A DNA stretch of 63,866 bases, filler included, from Vicugna vicugna (GCA_013265495.1; 82 parts of 77 records of this genome joined end to end with filler, not necessarily neighbours in it), one strand, 5' to 3'. Counted from the first letter of the whole stretch, positions 11,986-25,199 are shown. Made by a program: numbers and translations. The notes: generated by a model from the sequence alone, not told the origin.

Positions 11986-12775
11986 TTAAAATAAGAAATC
12001 ATATAATCACATATCTTTATAAATATAATCATATATAATTTAATTAACAAATGTTTTTAATTAATATCGTCTTATAATCATAAACTGAGGGAATTACGTA
12101 GCCTGAATACAATTCAATTAAAGCATTAGAGGCAAGAATCTGGGGAACTAAGCATCAATATGAAGGGCATGAAGAAATCAAACAGTATTGGGTGAAGTGG
12201 TTGCAGCTTTTGGTGCTGAAGGTGTTAAATTAAAAAGTATCATATTTATTCTCAGAGTAAAGATGTGAAACATGTCATCACTATGCTAAAGGTCAGCTGA
12301 ATTTAACAACCTTAGTAGATTTCCTATTTGAGGGTAAGGCATTGATTGGAAAAGAATATGAACCTTAGAATTAGAACAGGAATATCAGAAAATTTCTGAT
12401 GACTGCGATTAATCTGAATTCCAAAACCAGCAAGTAAGACTATGTTGTTAGATGAAGGGCTGCCTCTCGTCCTGAATAAATAGTGAGACTCTTCCTTCCT
12501 AGCTTTAAAACCCCTGCGGAAAGTCATCTTGCAGAGGAAAGCCAGCCAGTATTCCTCAACAAAACACATCATTGTATTCAGACTGAAAATAAAAAACAGA
12601 TCCAAGCATGCCCTTGAAATGAAAGAGATCAGAACAGAAAGAGAATATATGCCTTTTTATTCTTTAATATTTATTNNNNNNNNNNNNNNNNNNNNNNNNN
12701 NNNNNNNNNNNNNNNNNNNTTAATTAATTAANNNNNNNNNNNNNNNNNNNNNNNNNNNNNNNNNNNNNNNNNNNN

Positions 12776-13250
12776 GCACTCCAGCTTATGCAATCCATCA
12801 GGGAAGAGAAGCTTAAGGATGCTACTAGAACCCTGGCACTGCTCTCAGTTGGAGGATCTTTCCCACTCTCAGAATTCCGGAAGCCAACCTTGTGTGGCGG
12901 GGAGATGTGGAGCCACAATCCAAGTAGATGAATGGGGTCACACTTGTTTCCCATTAGGGAGCAGTCCTCTAAATAATTCCATATATGCTACTTCGCATCC
13001 AAGCCAAACTCCCAGATTTCCCTCTCAGCCCGGCATAGGGAAACACTCAAGGAATAAAAGCTAAGGGATTCTGTTAGAACCCAGCCGCTGCTGTCATTTG
13101 GAGGAGTCTCCCCAAAATCAGGATACCTGAGGACGTCTCCGTGTGTGTGCTGGAGGTGGGGAATCAGAGTCCACGCATCTTTATGGGGGCACACGTGTTC
13201 CAAGTTTGTGGAAGAAGTTTCAAATCCTCCACTGCCCACAGGGATGCACT
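12776..13250 (+). repeat. Satellite C fragment
   Basis: Two diverged subunits (tagaaccctggcactgctctcagttggagg; tagaacccagccgctgctgtcatttggagg). Confidence 0.85.
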
Positions 13251-13350
13251 NNNNNNNNNNNNNNNNNNNNNNNNNNNNNNNNNNNNNNNNNNNNTTAATT
13301 AATTAANNNNNNNNNNNNNNNNNNNNNNNNNNNNNNNNNNNNNNNNNNNN

Positions 13351-15202
13351 CACCTAGCTTGAAGGGAACACAAAGTTTTTTTTCAGTTGCAAACCTCACA
13401 CCATAAATATATATGGGAGGCTCAAGCTCTAACTCGGTTTTACAGTGCAAACCGCAGGAACTTCAATCCGGCACTAGGAAACAGACTGAGAAAAAAGAGT
13501 AAGTGTTTCTCCTGCAACCCGTTCCCTTTGTGCTGGATGAACGAACGTCTCTCCACATGCTCAGTTCTGAGAGATANNNNNNNNNNNNNNNNNNNNNNNN
13601 NNNNNNNNNNNNNNNNNNNNNNNNNNNNNNNNNNNNNNNNNNNNNNNNNNNNNNNNNNNNNNNNNNNNNNNNNNNNNNNNNNNNNNNNNNNNNNNNNNNN
13701 NNNNNNNNNNNNNNNNNNNNNNNNNNNNNNNNNNNNNNNNNNNNNNNNNNNNNNNNNNNNNNNNNNNNNNNNNNNNNNNNNNNNNNNNNNNNNNNNNNNN
13801 NNNNNNNNNNNNNNNNNNNNNNNNNNNNNNNNNNNNNNNNNNNNNNNNNNNNNNNNNNNNNNNNNNNNNNNNNNNNNNNNNNNNNNNNNNNNNNNNNNNN
13901 NNNNNNNNNNNNNNNNNNNNNNNNNNNNNNNNNNNNNNNNNNNNNNNNNNNNNNNNNNNNNNNNNNNNNNNNNNNNNNNNNNNNNNNNNNNNNNNNNNNN
14001 NNNNNNNNNNNNNNNNNNNNNNNNNNNNNNNNNNNNNNNNNNNNNNNNNNNNNNNNNNNNNNNNNNNNNNNNNNNNNNNNNNNNNNNNNNNNNNNNNNNN
14101 NNNNNNNNNNNNNNNNNNNNNNNNNNNNNNNNNNNNNNNNNNNNNNNNNNNNNNNNNNNNNNNNNNNNNNNNNNNNNNNNNNNNNNNNNNNNNNNNNNNN
14201 NNNNNNNNNNNNNNNNNNNNNNNNNNNNNNNNNNNNNNNNNNNNNNNNNNNNNNNNNNNNNNNNNNNNNNNNNNNNNNNNNNNNNNNNNNNNNNNNNNNN
14301 NNNNNNNNNNNNNNNNNNNNNNNNNNNNNNNNNNNNNNNNNNNNNNNNNNNNNNNNNNNNNNNNNNNNNNNNNNNNNNNNNNNNNNNNNNNNNNNNNNNN
14401 NNNNNNNNNNNNNNNNNNNNNNNNNNNNNNNNNNNNNNNNNNNNNNNNNNNNNNNNNNNNNNNNNNNNNNNNNNNNNNNNNNNNNNNNNNNNNNNNNNNN
14501 NNNNNCCTTTGTGCTGGATGAACGAACGTCTCTCCACATGCTCAGTTCTGAGAGATAAGTGTGTGTGAAATCCTTCCTTCACCTAATTTGAAGTGAACAC
14601 AAAGTTTCTTTTCATTTGCAAACTCCACACCATACATATATATGGGGATGTACATGTTCCAACTCGGTTTTTCAGTGCAAAACGCAGGAACTTCAAGCCG
14701 GCACTAGGAAATACATTGAGAAACCAGAGTAATTGTTTCACCTGCATCCCGTTCCCTTTGTGTTGGATGAAAGAACGTCTCTACACATGCTCAGTACTGA
14801 GACATAAGTGTGTGTGAAAGCCGTCCTTCACCTAGCTTGAAGGGAACACAAAGTTTCTTTTCAGTTACAAACTCCACATCATACATATATATGGGGAGGT
14901 ACAAGCTCCAACTCNNNNNNNNNNNNNNNNNNNNNNNNNNNNNNNNNNNNNNNNNNNNNNNNNNNNNNNNNNNNNNNNNNNNNNNNNNNNNNNNNNNNNN
15001 NNNNNNNNNNNNNNNNNNNNNNNNNNNNNNNNNNNNNNNNNNNNNNNNNNNNNNNNNNNNNNNNNNNNNNNNNNNNNNNNNNNNNNNNNNNNNNNNNNNN
15101 NNNNNCTTTACAGTTCTCCACACCATACATATATATAGGGAGATACAAGCTCTAACTCTGTTTTACAGTGCAAAACGCAGGAACTTCCACCCGGCACTAG
15201 GA
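13351..15202 (+). repeat. Satellite B (249 bp), gapped
   Basis: cctttgtg(c/t)tggatga at 14506 and 14755, period 249. Confidence 0.93.
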
Positions 15203-15844
15203 NNNNNNNNNNNNNNNNNNNNNNNNNNNNNNNNNNNNNNNNNNNNTTAATTAATTAANNNNNNNNNNNNNNNNNNNNNNNNNNNNNNNNNNNNNNNNNN
15301 NNTTAGGACTGTTTCCTGGATTCCATGAAATGTCACACCAAGAGATGTGAGGGTAGAAGTATAAATATTAAAAGATAAAAAGCATGCATGTTTGAAAAAT
15401 ATATCTACATTATGTACTTTCTAAAGAATAGATTCAAATCAGCAAGGCCCAAGAACCCAATTCTTGGGTATTTACAGAAGTGAGAATCCCATCTCCAATC
15501 CACAAGGCATCCCTTCGGAGCACTGAGAGTCTACACGGTGTGGTCATAAAGGCANNNNNNNNNNNNNNNNNNNNNNNNNNNNNNNNNNNNNNNNNNNNTT
15601 CGGGCTGCCCACTCACGTCATTTACACCCCACAGCACCTCTACGGTGTAGGGATGCCTAGCGAACCCCGTCTCTGCGGGACAGAAAACCAGTCCTGGAAA
15701 GGCTAAGCCGATCTACCATTTCTCCATCTCACAGGACTTGTCACNNNNNNNNNNNNNNNNNNNNNNNNNNNNNNNNNNNNNNNNNNNNTTAATTAATTAA
15801 NNNNNNNNNNNNNNNNNNNNNNNNNNNNNNNNNNNNNNNNNNNN

Positions 15845-16253
15845 AGGATGTATCACTTTCCCTGATTTAAAATATAATACGAAGCTACAATATTAAAAAG
15901 AATATGTTACTGGCACAGAACAAACAGAATAATGGAACAAAACAGAATGCCTGAAAATTAAATCAGACAGTTATGGTTATTAAGCTCATTACAAAAAATG
16001 AATAAAAAGTGGGGGAAAGGTTACCACACGGCGCATGCAACCAATCAACATCACTAACCATCGGAAAAATGCAAGTCCAAAACACAATGAGGTTTTATGT
16101 CACTCCTGTCAGAATGACTATAATCAAAAAGATATCAAACATAACTGTTGGTTAGGATGTAAGAAAAACAATCCTGATGCACTGCATGGAGTGAATGTAA
16201 ATATGAGTTGTCACTGTGGGAAACAACATGGAGCTTTATCTAAAAATTAAAAA
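15845..16253 (+). mobile_element. LINE-1 ORF2 3' fragments, degenerate
   Basis: ccctgatttaaaatataatacgaagctaca; aacatcactaaccatcggaaaaatgcaagtccaaaacacaatgag. Confidence 0.8.
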
Positions 16254-16353
16254 NNNNNNNNNNNNNNNNNNNNNNNNNNNNNNNNNNNNNNNNNNNNTTA
16301 ATTAATTAANNNNNNNNNNNNNNNNNNNNNNNNNNNNNNNNNNNNNNNNNNNN

Positions 16354-16801
16354 AACCCAGGCGCTGCTCTCAGTTGGAGGAACTTCCCTGCACTCAGAGT
16401 TCCCGAACACATTCTTAGTTGTGGGAGAGATGTGCAGCCACACTCCACCCAGATGAATGGAGGAAAAGGTGTTCCGTTTAGGGAGATGTCCTCTAAGAAC
16501 TTCCTCAGTGGATCAGGGGGCACTCACTGCTACTTGGCCTCCAAGCCCTACCCCCAGCTTTCCCTCATGGCCTGGCCTAAATTAACACTCAGGGAACAGA
16601 AGCTAACACTAATAGAACCCAGGTGCTTTTGTCAGTTTGAGGAACTTCCCCACACTCAGAATAGCAGAACACATCTTCGTGTGTGTGCTGGATGTAGGGA
16701 AAGAGTCAAAGCATCTTTCAGGGGCACATTTATTCCATGGTTGTGAGTTGTATGTTAAAACCCACATCCCATGGATAAGCTCTCGCTAATACTTGGTTTA
16801 G
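16354..16801 (+). repeat. Satellite C fragment
   Basis: Closely matches 60783-61165 and the reverse complement of 36952-37535. Confidence 0.88.
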
Positions 16802-16901
16802 NNNNNNNNNNNNNNNNNNNNNNNNNNNNNNNNNNNNNNNNNNNNTTAATTAATTAANNNNNNNNNNNNNNNNNNNNNNNNNNNNNNNNNNNNNNNNNNN
16901 N

Positions 16902-17900
16902 TTGATATAAGCTGTAACTTCTCATTTATTTCTGAGCTTATTAATCCGTAATCCTTTATTCTCATGTGTCTGGTAAAAGTTTATCAATTTTATTTATCTT
17001 TCAAAAGGCATTATTTAGTTTGATTATATGTTTCTATTATTAATCATTATTTTATTTATTTATGTTCTGACTTTTCAGCTTTCTTTCTTTCTACTAACAA
17101 TTTTTTTCTTATTTTGCTACATCTTTGTTTGTAAGATTATGTTATAAGAGAGAGATGTTTCTTATTTGTATAAGTGGGATTATTTTGCTATAAGCATCCC
17201 TGTTAATAAGCTTTTGTTATACCCCTTGGACTTTGGTTTTGTTGTCATTTTTCATTTTCTTATATATATTTCCTTTGATTTTTACAGCAAAATTCATTTG
17301 TTGTTTAATATTGTATGATTTATCCTCCGCATTTTACAATTTTTCTTAGGTTATTACTTTTAATAAATTTATATTCACACAGAATCCATATGTCACTTCT
17401 CAAAACAAGGAGTAGAAAATAAAATTTATACAAAAATGGGAAAGAACCGAATTTTCTAAAATTATCTTTGAAAAATGAACAAAGCTGTGGGTATAATCCT
17501 CCCTGAATTTATAACTTACTACAAAACTACAGTAATCAAAACATCAAAATATATCACTAAAAGTGACACATAGATCAATGGAACAAAATAAACAGTCTGA
17601 AAATAAACCCACACACATATGGTCAGTTAGTCTACAATGAAGGAGGTAAGAGTATACAATGGAAAAAAGGCAGTCTCTTCAACAAGTAGTTCTGGGAAAA
17701 CTAGGACAGTACATGTAAAAGGAAGATGCATGAGCCTTCCAAAGAATACAAAATAAGATAAAAATGGATTAATTTCCTAAATGTAAAATCTTAAACTATA
17801 CAATTTCAGAACAAAAACATGATTAGAAATGACTTTGAGATATATCATAGCAATGTTTATTGCTGATCTGTCTCCTAAGTGAAAAAGAAAAGAAAAAAGT
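16902..17900. mobile_element. LINE-1 ORF2 in two opposite orientations (minus to ~17380, plus after)
   Basis: T-rich antisense ORF2 (ctggtaaaagtttatcaattttatttatctttcaaaa) switches to A-rich sense ORF2 (tactacaaaactacagtaatcaaaaca). Confidence 0.8.
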
Positions 17901-19043
17901 NNNNNNNNNNNNNNNNNNNNNNNNNNNNNNNNNNNNNNNNNNNNTTAATTAATTAANNNNNNNNNNNNNNNNNNNNNNNNNNNNNNNNNNNNNNNNNNNN
18001 TCCCTTGTCTCCCTGAGTGTCCCTGCCTCCTCTGGCTCACCTCTTTAAGGTTGGGTCCTTCCTTTTGTTCCAACTCCTCAGCTAGGACCAAGAGGTCCAG
18101 CTGTGGCCCTGGGGAAAGCAAGTCTGCCAGGAATCGAGGGTGTATGACTGCCTCTCCCTAAGAAGGAAGGAAGAGGCTGTGAGTATCCTTGGCCTTGAGT
18201 AAATTGTGAGCCATGAATACCTGAAGGGAAAGTGAAAAACAGACTCACCCCATTGTCCTCCACAAGGTAGCCTGTTTTAAACCACCGAGGCAGTCAGCTA
18301 CATACGTACACACACACNNNNNNNNNNNNNNNNNNNNNNNNNNNNNNNNNNNNNNNNNNNNTTAATTAATTAANNNNNNNNNNNNNNNNNNNNNNNNNNN
18401 NNNNNNNNNNNNNNNNNCCACCCTTAGTTAATGTCATCAAGAAGACTGGACGTCCCCCAGGCGGCTGCTTATACCACTGTAAGCTGCCTAAAATGCTTGA
18501 GGTATTGCAGTATGTGGTGAAGTTCTCTCCCTCTTGTAGGAAGATGAATTCAGGAAATTGCTTTAACTGTTGTCCATTCGCTTCTGTTCAGAAAAAGAGT
18601 GGGAGAAATCAGGGTCTGATTAGATGTCTATTCCCTCAGCTACAATGGTCTTTCTCATTCTTCTGTGTACTTTCTCCTTCTTTCCATGTCTCCCTCCCCA
18701 ACTACCTCTTTCNNNNNNNNNNNNNNNNNNNNNNNNNNNNNNNNCAACATCTTAGAATCAGAAAATCTCATTCCTGCAGTTGCCTGAAGATAATAACCCA
18801 CACTGCTGAATTCTCTGGGAGCAACCAGTGAGATCCCAAACTCACGTGCTATTTGCATCCATAAGATCAGAATCGTTGTTATGAGAAACATCTTCCCTCT
18901 TCTTCCTCTTCAGAAACAGTTGCTGAATCTGACCACTCTTGATNNNNNNNNNNNNNNNNNNNNNNNNNNNNNNNNNNNNNNNNNNNNTTAATTAATTAAN
19001 NNNNNNNNNNNNNNNNNNNNNNNNNNNNNNNNNNNNNNNNNNN

Positions 19044-19705
19044 TGCAACACCTGCTTTTTTGGCTTTTCCATTTGTATGGAATAACCTCTTCCATCCTTT
19101 CACTCTCAGGTTTATGTTTCCTTCTCACTGAGGTGGGTCTATTTTATGCAGCATATTGAAGGTTCTTGCTTTACTATCCAGCCTGCCACTCAATGACATT
19201 GACTGGAGCATTTAGTCCATTAACATTTAAAATAAACGATGATATGTTTGTGTTTATTGCCATTTTGGCCTTATCTTTGCAGTTGATTTGGTATTTCCTC
19301 TTTGTTCATTTGATCTTCCATTTTTGGTTTGGTCATTTTTCTTTATATTATCATGAAAATTATTTACTTTTAGTGACTCCCTGAATATGTTTTTGTCTTT
19401 TTTTACCCTTTTATATAGTCTATTAGACCATTAGTATAAATGATTTGATTAAACTGATAGTAACATGATCTCAAAATCATATCTCAAAATCATCGGGAAA
19501 AAAAATTTTAAAAGGAAAGACCCCCCAAAGAAATTCTCTATTTTCCTGCCTCCTCTCCCACTGTCAATGATTTCTATGCCTTGGTTTAAAATTTTGTGTT
19601 TATTTTATTTGTAGTTTATGAGTTATCACCTTTCCAGCTGTGAGTTTCACATTTCTGTTACATCCTGCTGCTTTTCTTTTTAGAGTAGACTTTTCAATAT
19701 TTCTT
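19044..19705 (-). mobile_element. LINE-1 ORF1 end / inter-ORF / ORF2 endonuclease start
   Basis: Minus strand gives LNVNGLNAP, QEPSICC and KKAGVA-like endonuclease motifs with disruptions. Confidence 0.88.
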
Positions 19706-20105
19706 NNNNNNNNNNNNNNNNNNNNNNNNNNNNNNNNNNNNNNNNNNNNTTAATTAATTAANNNNNNNNNNNNNNNNNNNNNNNNNNNNNNNNNNNNNNN
19801 NNNNNAAGGCTACCTGCTATAGTAAGCAAGGTAAAGGGCCAGCGAGGGGACGGGGCAGGCGACAGACCTGGGTTCAAGTCCCAGCTTAGTCAGGTCATCA
19901 CAGCTCCATGGACCCAGCTTCCTCTCTACAAACAGCATGGAGAAGCTAGAAGGACTCTTAGAGGCCATCAGGTCTCCTGGTGTTTATATGAGGAAGCTGA
20001 GAATTGCCACCCAGTTTGTGGCATGGCAGAGTGAAAAGGAGAACCTGGGTCTCCTGCCCCGCCCCACCCTGGCTTTATCGAGGCCTCCTACTTAGAATCA
20101 ATGAG

Positions 20106-20130
20106 ACACACACACACACACACACACACA
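20106..20130. repeat. (AC)12 microsatellite
   Basis: Direct reading. Confidence 0.95.
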
Positions 20131-20451
20131 AATGAGCGTGGGAGAACGACCCAGGGCCGCTGTCCTCCCGCCCCATGGTACAGCAAAGCCCTACAGCCTA
20201 AGAAAGAGCCACACCGAGGCCACTGACCACCTGCTCTCAGGACAGAGTACAGAAGAGATGATCTCATCAGCACCATGGGACTGAAGCTGACACAAGCAAG
20301 TGGGCCTGGGCAATGTGTTCATGCAGCTGCTTTGGGACAGGGAGCAAGTTANNNNNNNNNNNNNNNNNNNNNNNNNNNNNNNNNNNNNNNNNNNNTTAAT
20401 TAATTAANNNNNNNNNNNNNNNNNNNNNNNNNNNNNNNNNNNNNNNNNNNN

Positions 20452-21009
20452 AAGTTTGAGGAATCTGTTTTGCATGAAACATGTTCTGAATACGGAGTGC
20501 CACGGTTATATAAACAATGTAAATTACGTGTGTATTGGTGAGAATTCGCTCAAAGATTGTTTTCTGGTGCCAAATGTCCGATTTTAGAACCTGGTGAAAG
20601 AAAAAATCTATGAAGTCACAGTAAATATTTCNNNNNNNNNNNNNNNNNNNNNNNNNNNNNNNNNNNNNNNNNNNNTTAATTAATTAANNNNNNNNNNNNN
20701 NNNNNNNNNNNNNNNNNNNNNNNNNNNNNNNGAACACGGAATATCATGTAGATGGAATCTATTCAAATTACATATCTCTAGGGTAGAATTCGCTCCAAGA
20801 GGTTTTTTCTGGGATCAAAGTGTGATTGTTGAAACTGGTGATAGGATTAAGCTATGAAGTAAAAGTAAATATTTCAGAGTGCTTATGTATCATGTTTGGT
20901 TGTTGAAATATCAGTCATACGCATGTTCACAACTAAGAAATTCATGTTTGAAGAATCCATGATACATGAAACATGTTCGTAATACGGAATGCCATGCTAA
21001 TGTAAACAA
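20452..21009 (-). repeat. Satellite D fragments (two scaffolds: 20452-20631, 20732-21009)
   Basis: Match 25894-26604 (tgtgtattggtgagaattcgctcaaag; gaacacggaatatcatgtagatgga). Confidence 0.9.
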
Positions 21010-21109
21010 NNNNNNNNNNNNNNNNNNNNNNNNNNNNNNNNNNNNNNNNNNNNTTAATTAATTAANNNNNNNNNNNNNNNNNNNNNNNNNNNNNNNNNNN
21101 NNNNNNNNN

Positions 21110-21832
21110 TTCCCCACATTCAGGATACCTGAACACGTCTTCTTGTGTGTGCTTGAGGTGGGGATACAGATTCTACTCAATTTTATGTGGGCACAGGTAT
21201 TCCCAGGTTGAGGATGCAGATTATAAACCTCCACTTCCCATAGAGTGGCCCTCGCTAATACGTGGCTTTAGAGCTCAATCTCCACCTGCGCTCACTGCCC
21301 GGCTTGGGCAAACACTCAGGGAAGTCAACCTAAGGGATCCTATTAGATCCCAGATTTCTGCTGTGATTTGGAGGAGCCTCCCCACACTCAAGATAACAGA
21401 ACGCTTTTCCGTGTGTCTGCTGGAAGTGGGGAAACAGAGTTCAGGTTTATTTCAGGGGCCACTGGTATTCCCAGATTGGGGGGTGTTGGTTAAACACCTC
21501 CACTTCCCATGCAGAGGAATTGCTAATACTCGGTTTTAGAGCCCAACCCCTACATTCCCCCGCACTCTGGCCTAGGCAAACCATCAGGGAACACTAGCTA
21601 AAGGATTCTACTAGAACCCAGGCGCTGCTTTCTGTTGGAGGAACTTCCCCACACTCTGGATTCCGGAACAAAACCTTGTGTGTGGGGGAAATGTGGAGCC
21701 CCAATCCACGCAGATGAATGGGGGCACAGGTTTTCACCATTTGGGAGATTTCCTCTAAGTAATAGGGAGATTTCAGTAATTCTACAGTCTGTCGGGGGCA
21801 CTCCATGCTAATTGGCCATCAAGCCATACCTA
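21110..21832 (+). repeat. Satellite C, about 2.7 mutually diverged ~267 bp subunits
   Basis: Homologous gatac/gataac/gattcc...gtgtgt blocks at ~21124, ~21392, ~21659. Confidence 0.85.
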
Positions 21833-21932
21833 NNNNNNNNNNNNNNNNNNNNNNNNNNNNNNNNNNNNNNNNNNNNTTAATTAATTAANNNNNNNNNNNN
21901 NNNNNNNNNNNNNNNNNNNNNNNNNNNNNNNN

Positions 21933-22125
21933 TTGTTTCCTTTTGTTTTACTTATGGTTGTCTTTGCTGTGAAGAAAATTATGAGTTTAATTACGTCCCT
22001 TTTGTTTATTCTTTTCTCTTATTTCCATTGCCTGGGTAGATTTCCCTAGGAGAATGTTGCTAAGATTTATGTCAGATAATGTTTTGCCTATGTTTTCTTT
22101 TAGGAGATATATCATGTCTTGTCCA
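21933..22125 (-). mobile_element. LINE-1 ORF2 3' fragment
   Basis: Homologous to 52195-52573 (ccctaggagaatgttgctaagatttatgtcaga). Confidence 0.85.
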
Positions 22126-22129
22126 TCTG

Positions 22130-22350
22130 CATCTTAAGCCTGTACTCAACATCTGTGCTTCAGTTTTGAATTTTGAGAAAACCTACTCTTAGCTCATACG
22201 TCAGATTCAACATGTCTAAAGCTGATTTCATAATCTTTTTTCTTGCAGCCTCTCCACTTATTCAGTGGGATAATCATTCTTCCGGTCTTGAATACACAAA
22301 AGCTTGGAGAGGTCTTTGATTCATCTTCCTCTCACCACCCTCCATATTTT
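22130..22350. mobile_element. LINE-2-like remnant
   Basis: aacatgtctaaagctgatttcataatc...ggagaggtctttgattcatcttcctctc resembles L2 consensus segments. Confidence 0.5.
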
Positions 22351-24389
22351 GTCAGCTTCTTGAACTGTATGTTTTTGGTTTCAAGTGTCTATTCTGATTG
22401 CTGATACTCTGATGAAGAGCTTTCATCCCTGATACATGAATTTTTCCTTCTGCTGAATTCTTGGATATTCTCTCCCCCCCTTTCAGTCAACCTACAGTTT
22501 TGGCGCTCCAACATCTACAGTCAAGTCAAAGACTTAACACAACCAGATCTCAGCCAGGTAGTCTCGACCCTTCATCATTTTGGACTTACCTTATTTGTTC
22601 CAAACATTATGTAACTTAGCTTCCTAGGGTAACGTGTGCCTTATTAAAAACCAGGAGTCACCAGCCTTCTCCTATCCAGNNNNNNNNNNNNNNNNNNNNN
22701 NNNNNNNNNNNNNNNNNNNNNNNTTAATTAATTAANNNNNNNNNNNNNNNNNNNNNNNNNNNNNNNNNNNNNNNNNNNNAATGTGCGTGGTGTGTCTGTC
22801 CAGGTATTTAGGTATTCTTTAATTGTTTTTCAGCATTGCATAGAGTTTACATTGGATTGTTTTACTATATATTTTGCCTTTATACTGAGGACAAGTGTGC
22901 AAGGTACCGGGATCAGAAGTGTATTGGAGCTCCGCAACTTGCTGCCACCATGGACGCTGTGCTCTTGCTTCGCCCACTGTACAATGTTGCACAAAATAGG
23001 ACCTAAGTAACTCTCCCTTGAAAGAATGATTATATGATTGCTGGATGATGAAGAGTCCTTGTGATGATGTCTTTTTCCCAGAATTTCCCCTCTTCTTAAC
23101 TATGCCCTTTCCCTTCCTTTCCTCCAGCCTGTGTTTCAGCCTGCCTGTGGCATTGATTTTCCTTGTCTGTGGACTCTTCCTTTCACTAGTTCGTGATAAT
23201 GTTACATGTGAGATGTGGAAACTTGCTAGATGTCAAGAAAGAGCAAATCCATTGCATGCTAGATTTTTTAGAGTGTGTTATTGTATTATCGATTGAAATG
23301 AAATCAGGCTGACCCATTGAGCCATCCCCTGAGCTCTTTTTGCCTTCCTACAGGTGATACTGCTCTCGTTGCTGCATGTGCCCTTCCCCCAGACTTGGTT
23401 TTGGAGTTGAGTAAGTCACCATCACTGGAGCCCTCTCTTTAAATGATGAAGAGAACATTTGCTCTTTCTTCCTGTTTGGGGACTTGGATGAGATGAGGCA
23501 ACAGATAAAGAATGGAGCCCCACCTCATTCTGACCCCCGCTCTTTCCGTTCCATTCTCCAGGGGAAGAGTACAATTCAAAAATATAAAGAATGTGAACTA
23601 ATGAGATAGACAAGACAACCGATCATTTATTAAATANNNNNNNNNNNNNNNNNNNNNNNNNNNNNNNNNNNNNNNNNNNNTTAATTAATTAANNNNNNNN
23701 NNNNNNNNNNNNNNNNNNNNNNNNNNNNNNNNNNNNGCTACACAGAGTCTGGCTCCGTTCACCTCATCTGTCAACTCCTGCAGAGGCCCCAGACATTAGT
23801 CAAGGTAGGTTCATCAGCAAAACCTAAGCAGGGACCTTCTTCTCCCCCTGGACAGACTGGTGAGTGAGCAGTGGAAGCCTGGAGCCCTGCCCCAGACCCC
23901 ACGCCAGTGCCACTTCTTTTGTCATAGGAGGCACTGGTGACATTTTTGCTCACAAATGCTTGTCTCTGAGTCTAGAAAATGCCAGCTTGTTTTTGCCTTT
24001 TGAAGTCTGCCCTTGGGACTTAGCGTAGTAGCCAGATGTGTACTTAGCCCACAGTGGTTCAGCGCATTAAACTTCCCTCCTTGTGGGTCTGTCTGTTCTG
24101 GTACCATAAGGGCTCAGCCAGCATCTGAACGTCAGTGAGATAACGTGGCCAGTGAGCTAGGGTCAAGCACATTCTCCTCCAGTCACTTCTACTCCATTGT
24201 TGATTTTACTATTCCACAGTCATTAATTTTTTAAACAATGCTTCGGTGTAGGAGCAGAGCCTCATTCTCTCCTGCTACTCTTGGTGGAANNNNNNNNNNN
24301 NNNNNNNNNNNNNNNNNNNNNNNNNNNNNNNNNTTAATTAATTAANNNNNNNNNNNNNNNNNNNNNNNNNNNNNNNNNNNNNNNNNNNN

Positions 24390-24845
24390 ATTCTGTGTTC
24401 TACATTCTATTTTCTAAATTCTATATTCATTATTGTGTATTCTACATTCTAAATTCTGTGTGTTGCATTCCTTGTTCTAAATACCGTGTTCTGTATTCTG
24501 TTTTCCATATTATATATTCTGTGTTCTACATTCAATATTCTGTATTCTATATTCTGCATTCCNNNNNNNNNNNNNNNNNNNNNNNNNNNNNNNNNNNNNN
24601 NNNNNNNNNNNNNNNNNNNNNNNNNNNNNNNNNNNNNNNNNNNNNNNNNNNNNNNNNNNNNNNNNNNNNNNNNNNNNNNNNNNNNNNNNNNNNNNNNNNN
24701 NNNNNNNNNNNNNNNNNNNNNNNNNNNNNNNNNNNNNNNNNNNNNNNTCTGCATTCTCTATATTCTATATTATGTGTTCTACATCCTGTATTCGAAATTG
24801 TATATTCTGTATTCTGTATTCTATATTCTCAATTCTGTGTTCTGC
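24390..24845 (-). repeat. Satellite E (7-mer AGAATAT-based), pyrimidine-rich strand shown
   Basis: Degenerate (ATATTCT)n. Confidence 0.9.
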
Positions 24846-25199
24846 NNNNNNNNNNNNNNNNNNNNNNNNNNNNNNNNNNNNNNNNNNNNTTAATTAATTA
24901 ANNNNNNNNNNNNNNNNNNNNNNNNNNNNNNNNNNNNNNNNNNNNGTGGTGGAGAGCTCTGCAAGCACCAAGTCCACTCGAACACTCCAGAAATGGCTGT
25001 CACTAATTCTAACCATCAGAGAATCACTTGGCTTCTAGGAGGTTAATTTTCTCTTCTGTGAAAGTCTACAGTTGCTTCTAACGATGTATTGAATGTCATC
25101 ATCCACAAATCCACAAATTGAATGCCATCATCCCAAGAATTAATGAGGATTTCCCATAGGCCTGGCTCTGGACAGATGAAAAGATAGGGTCCCAGATAT

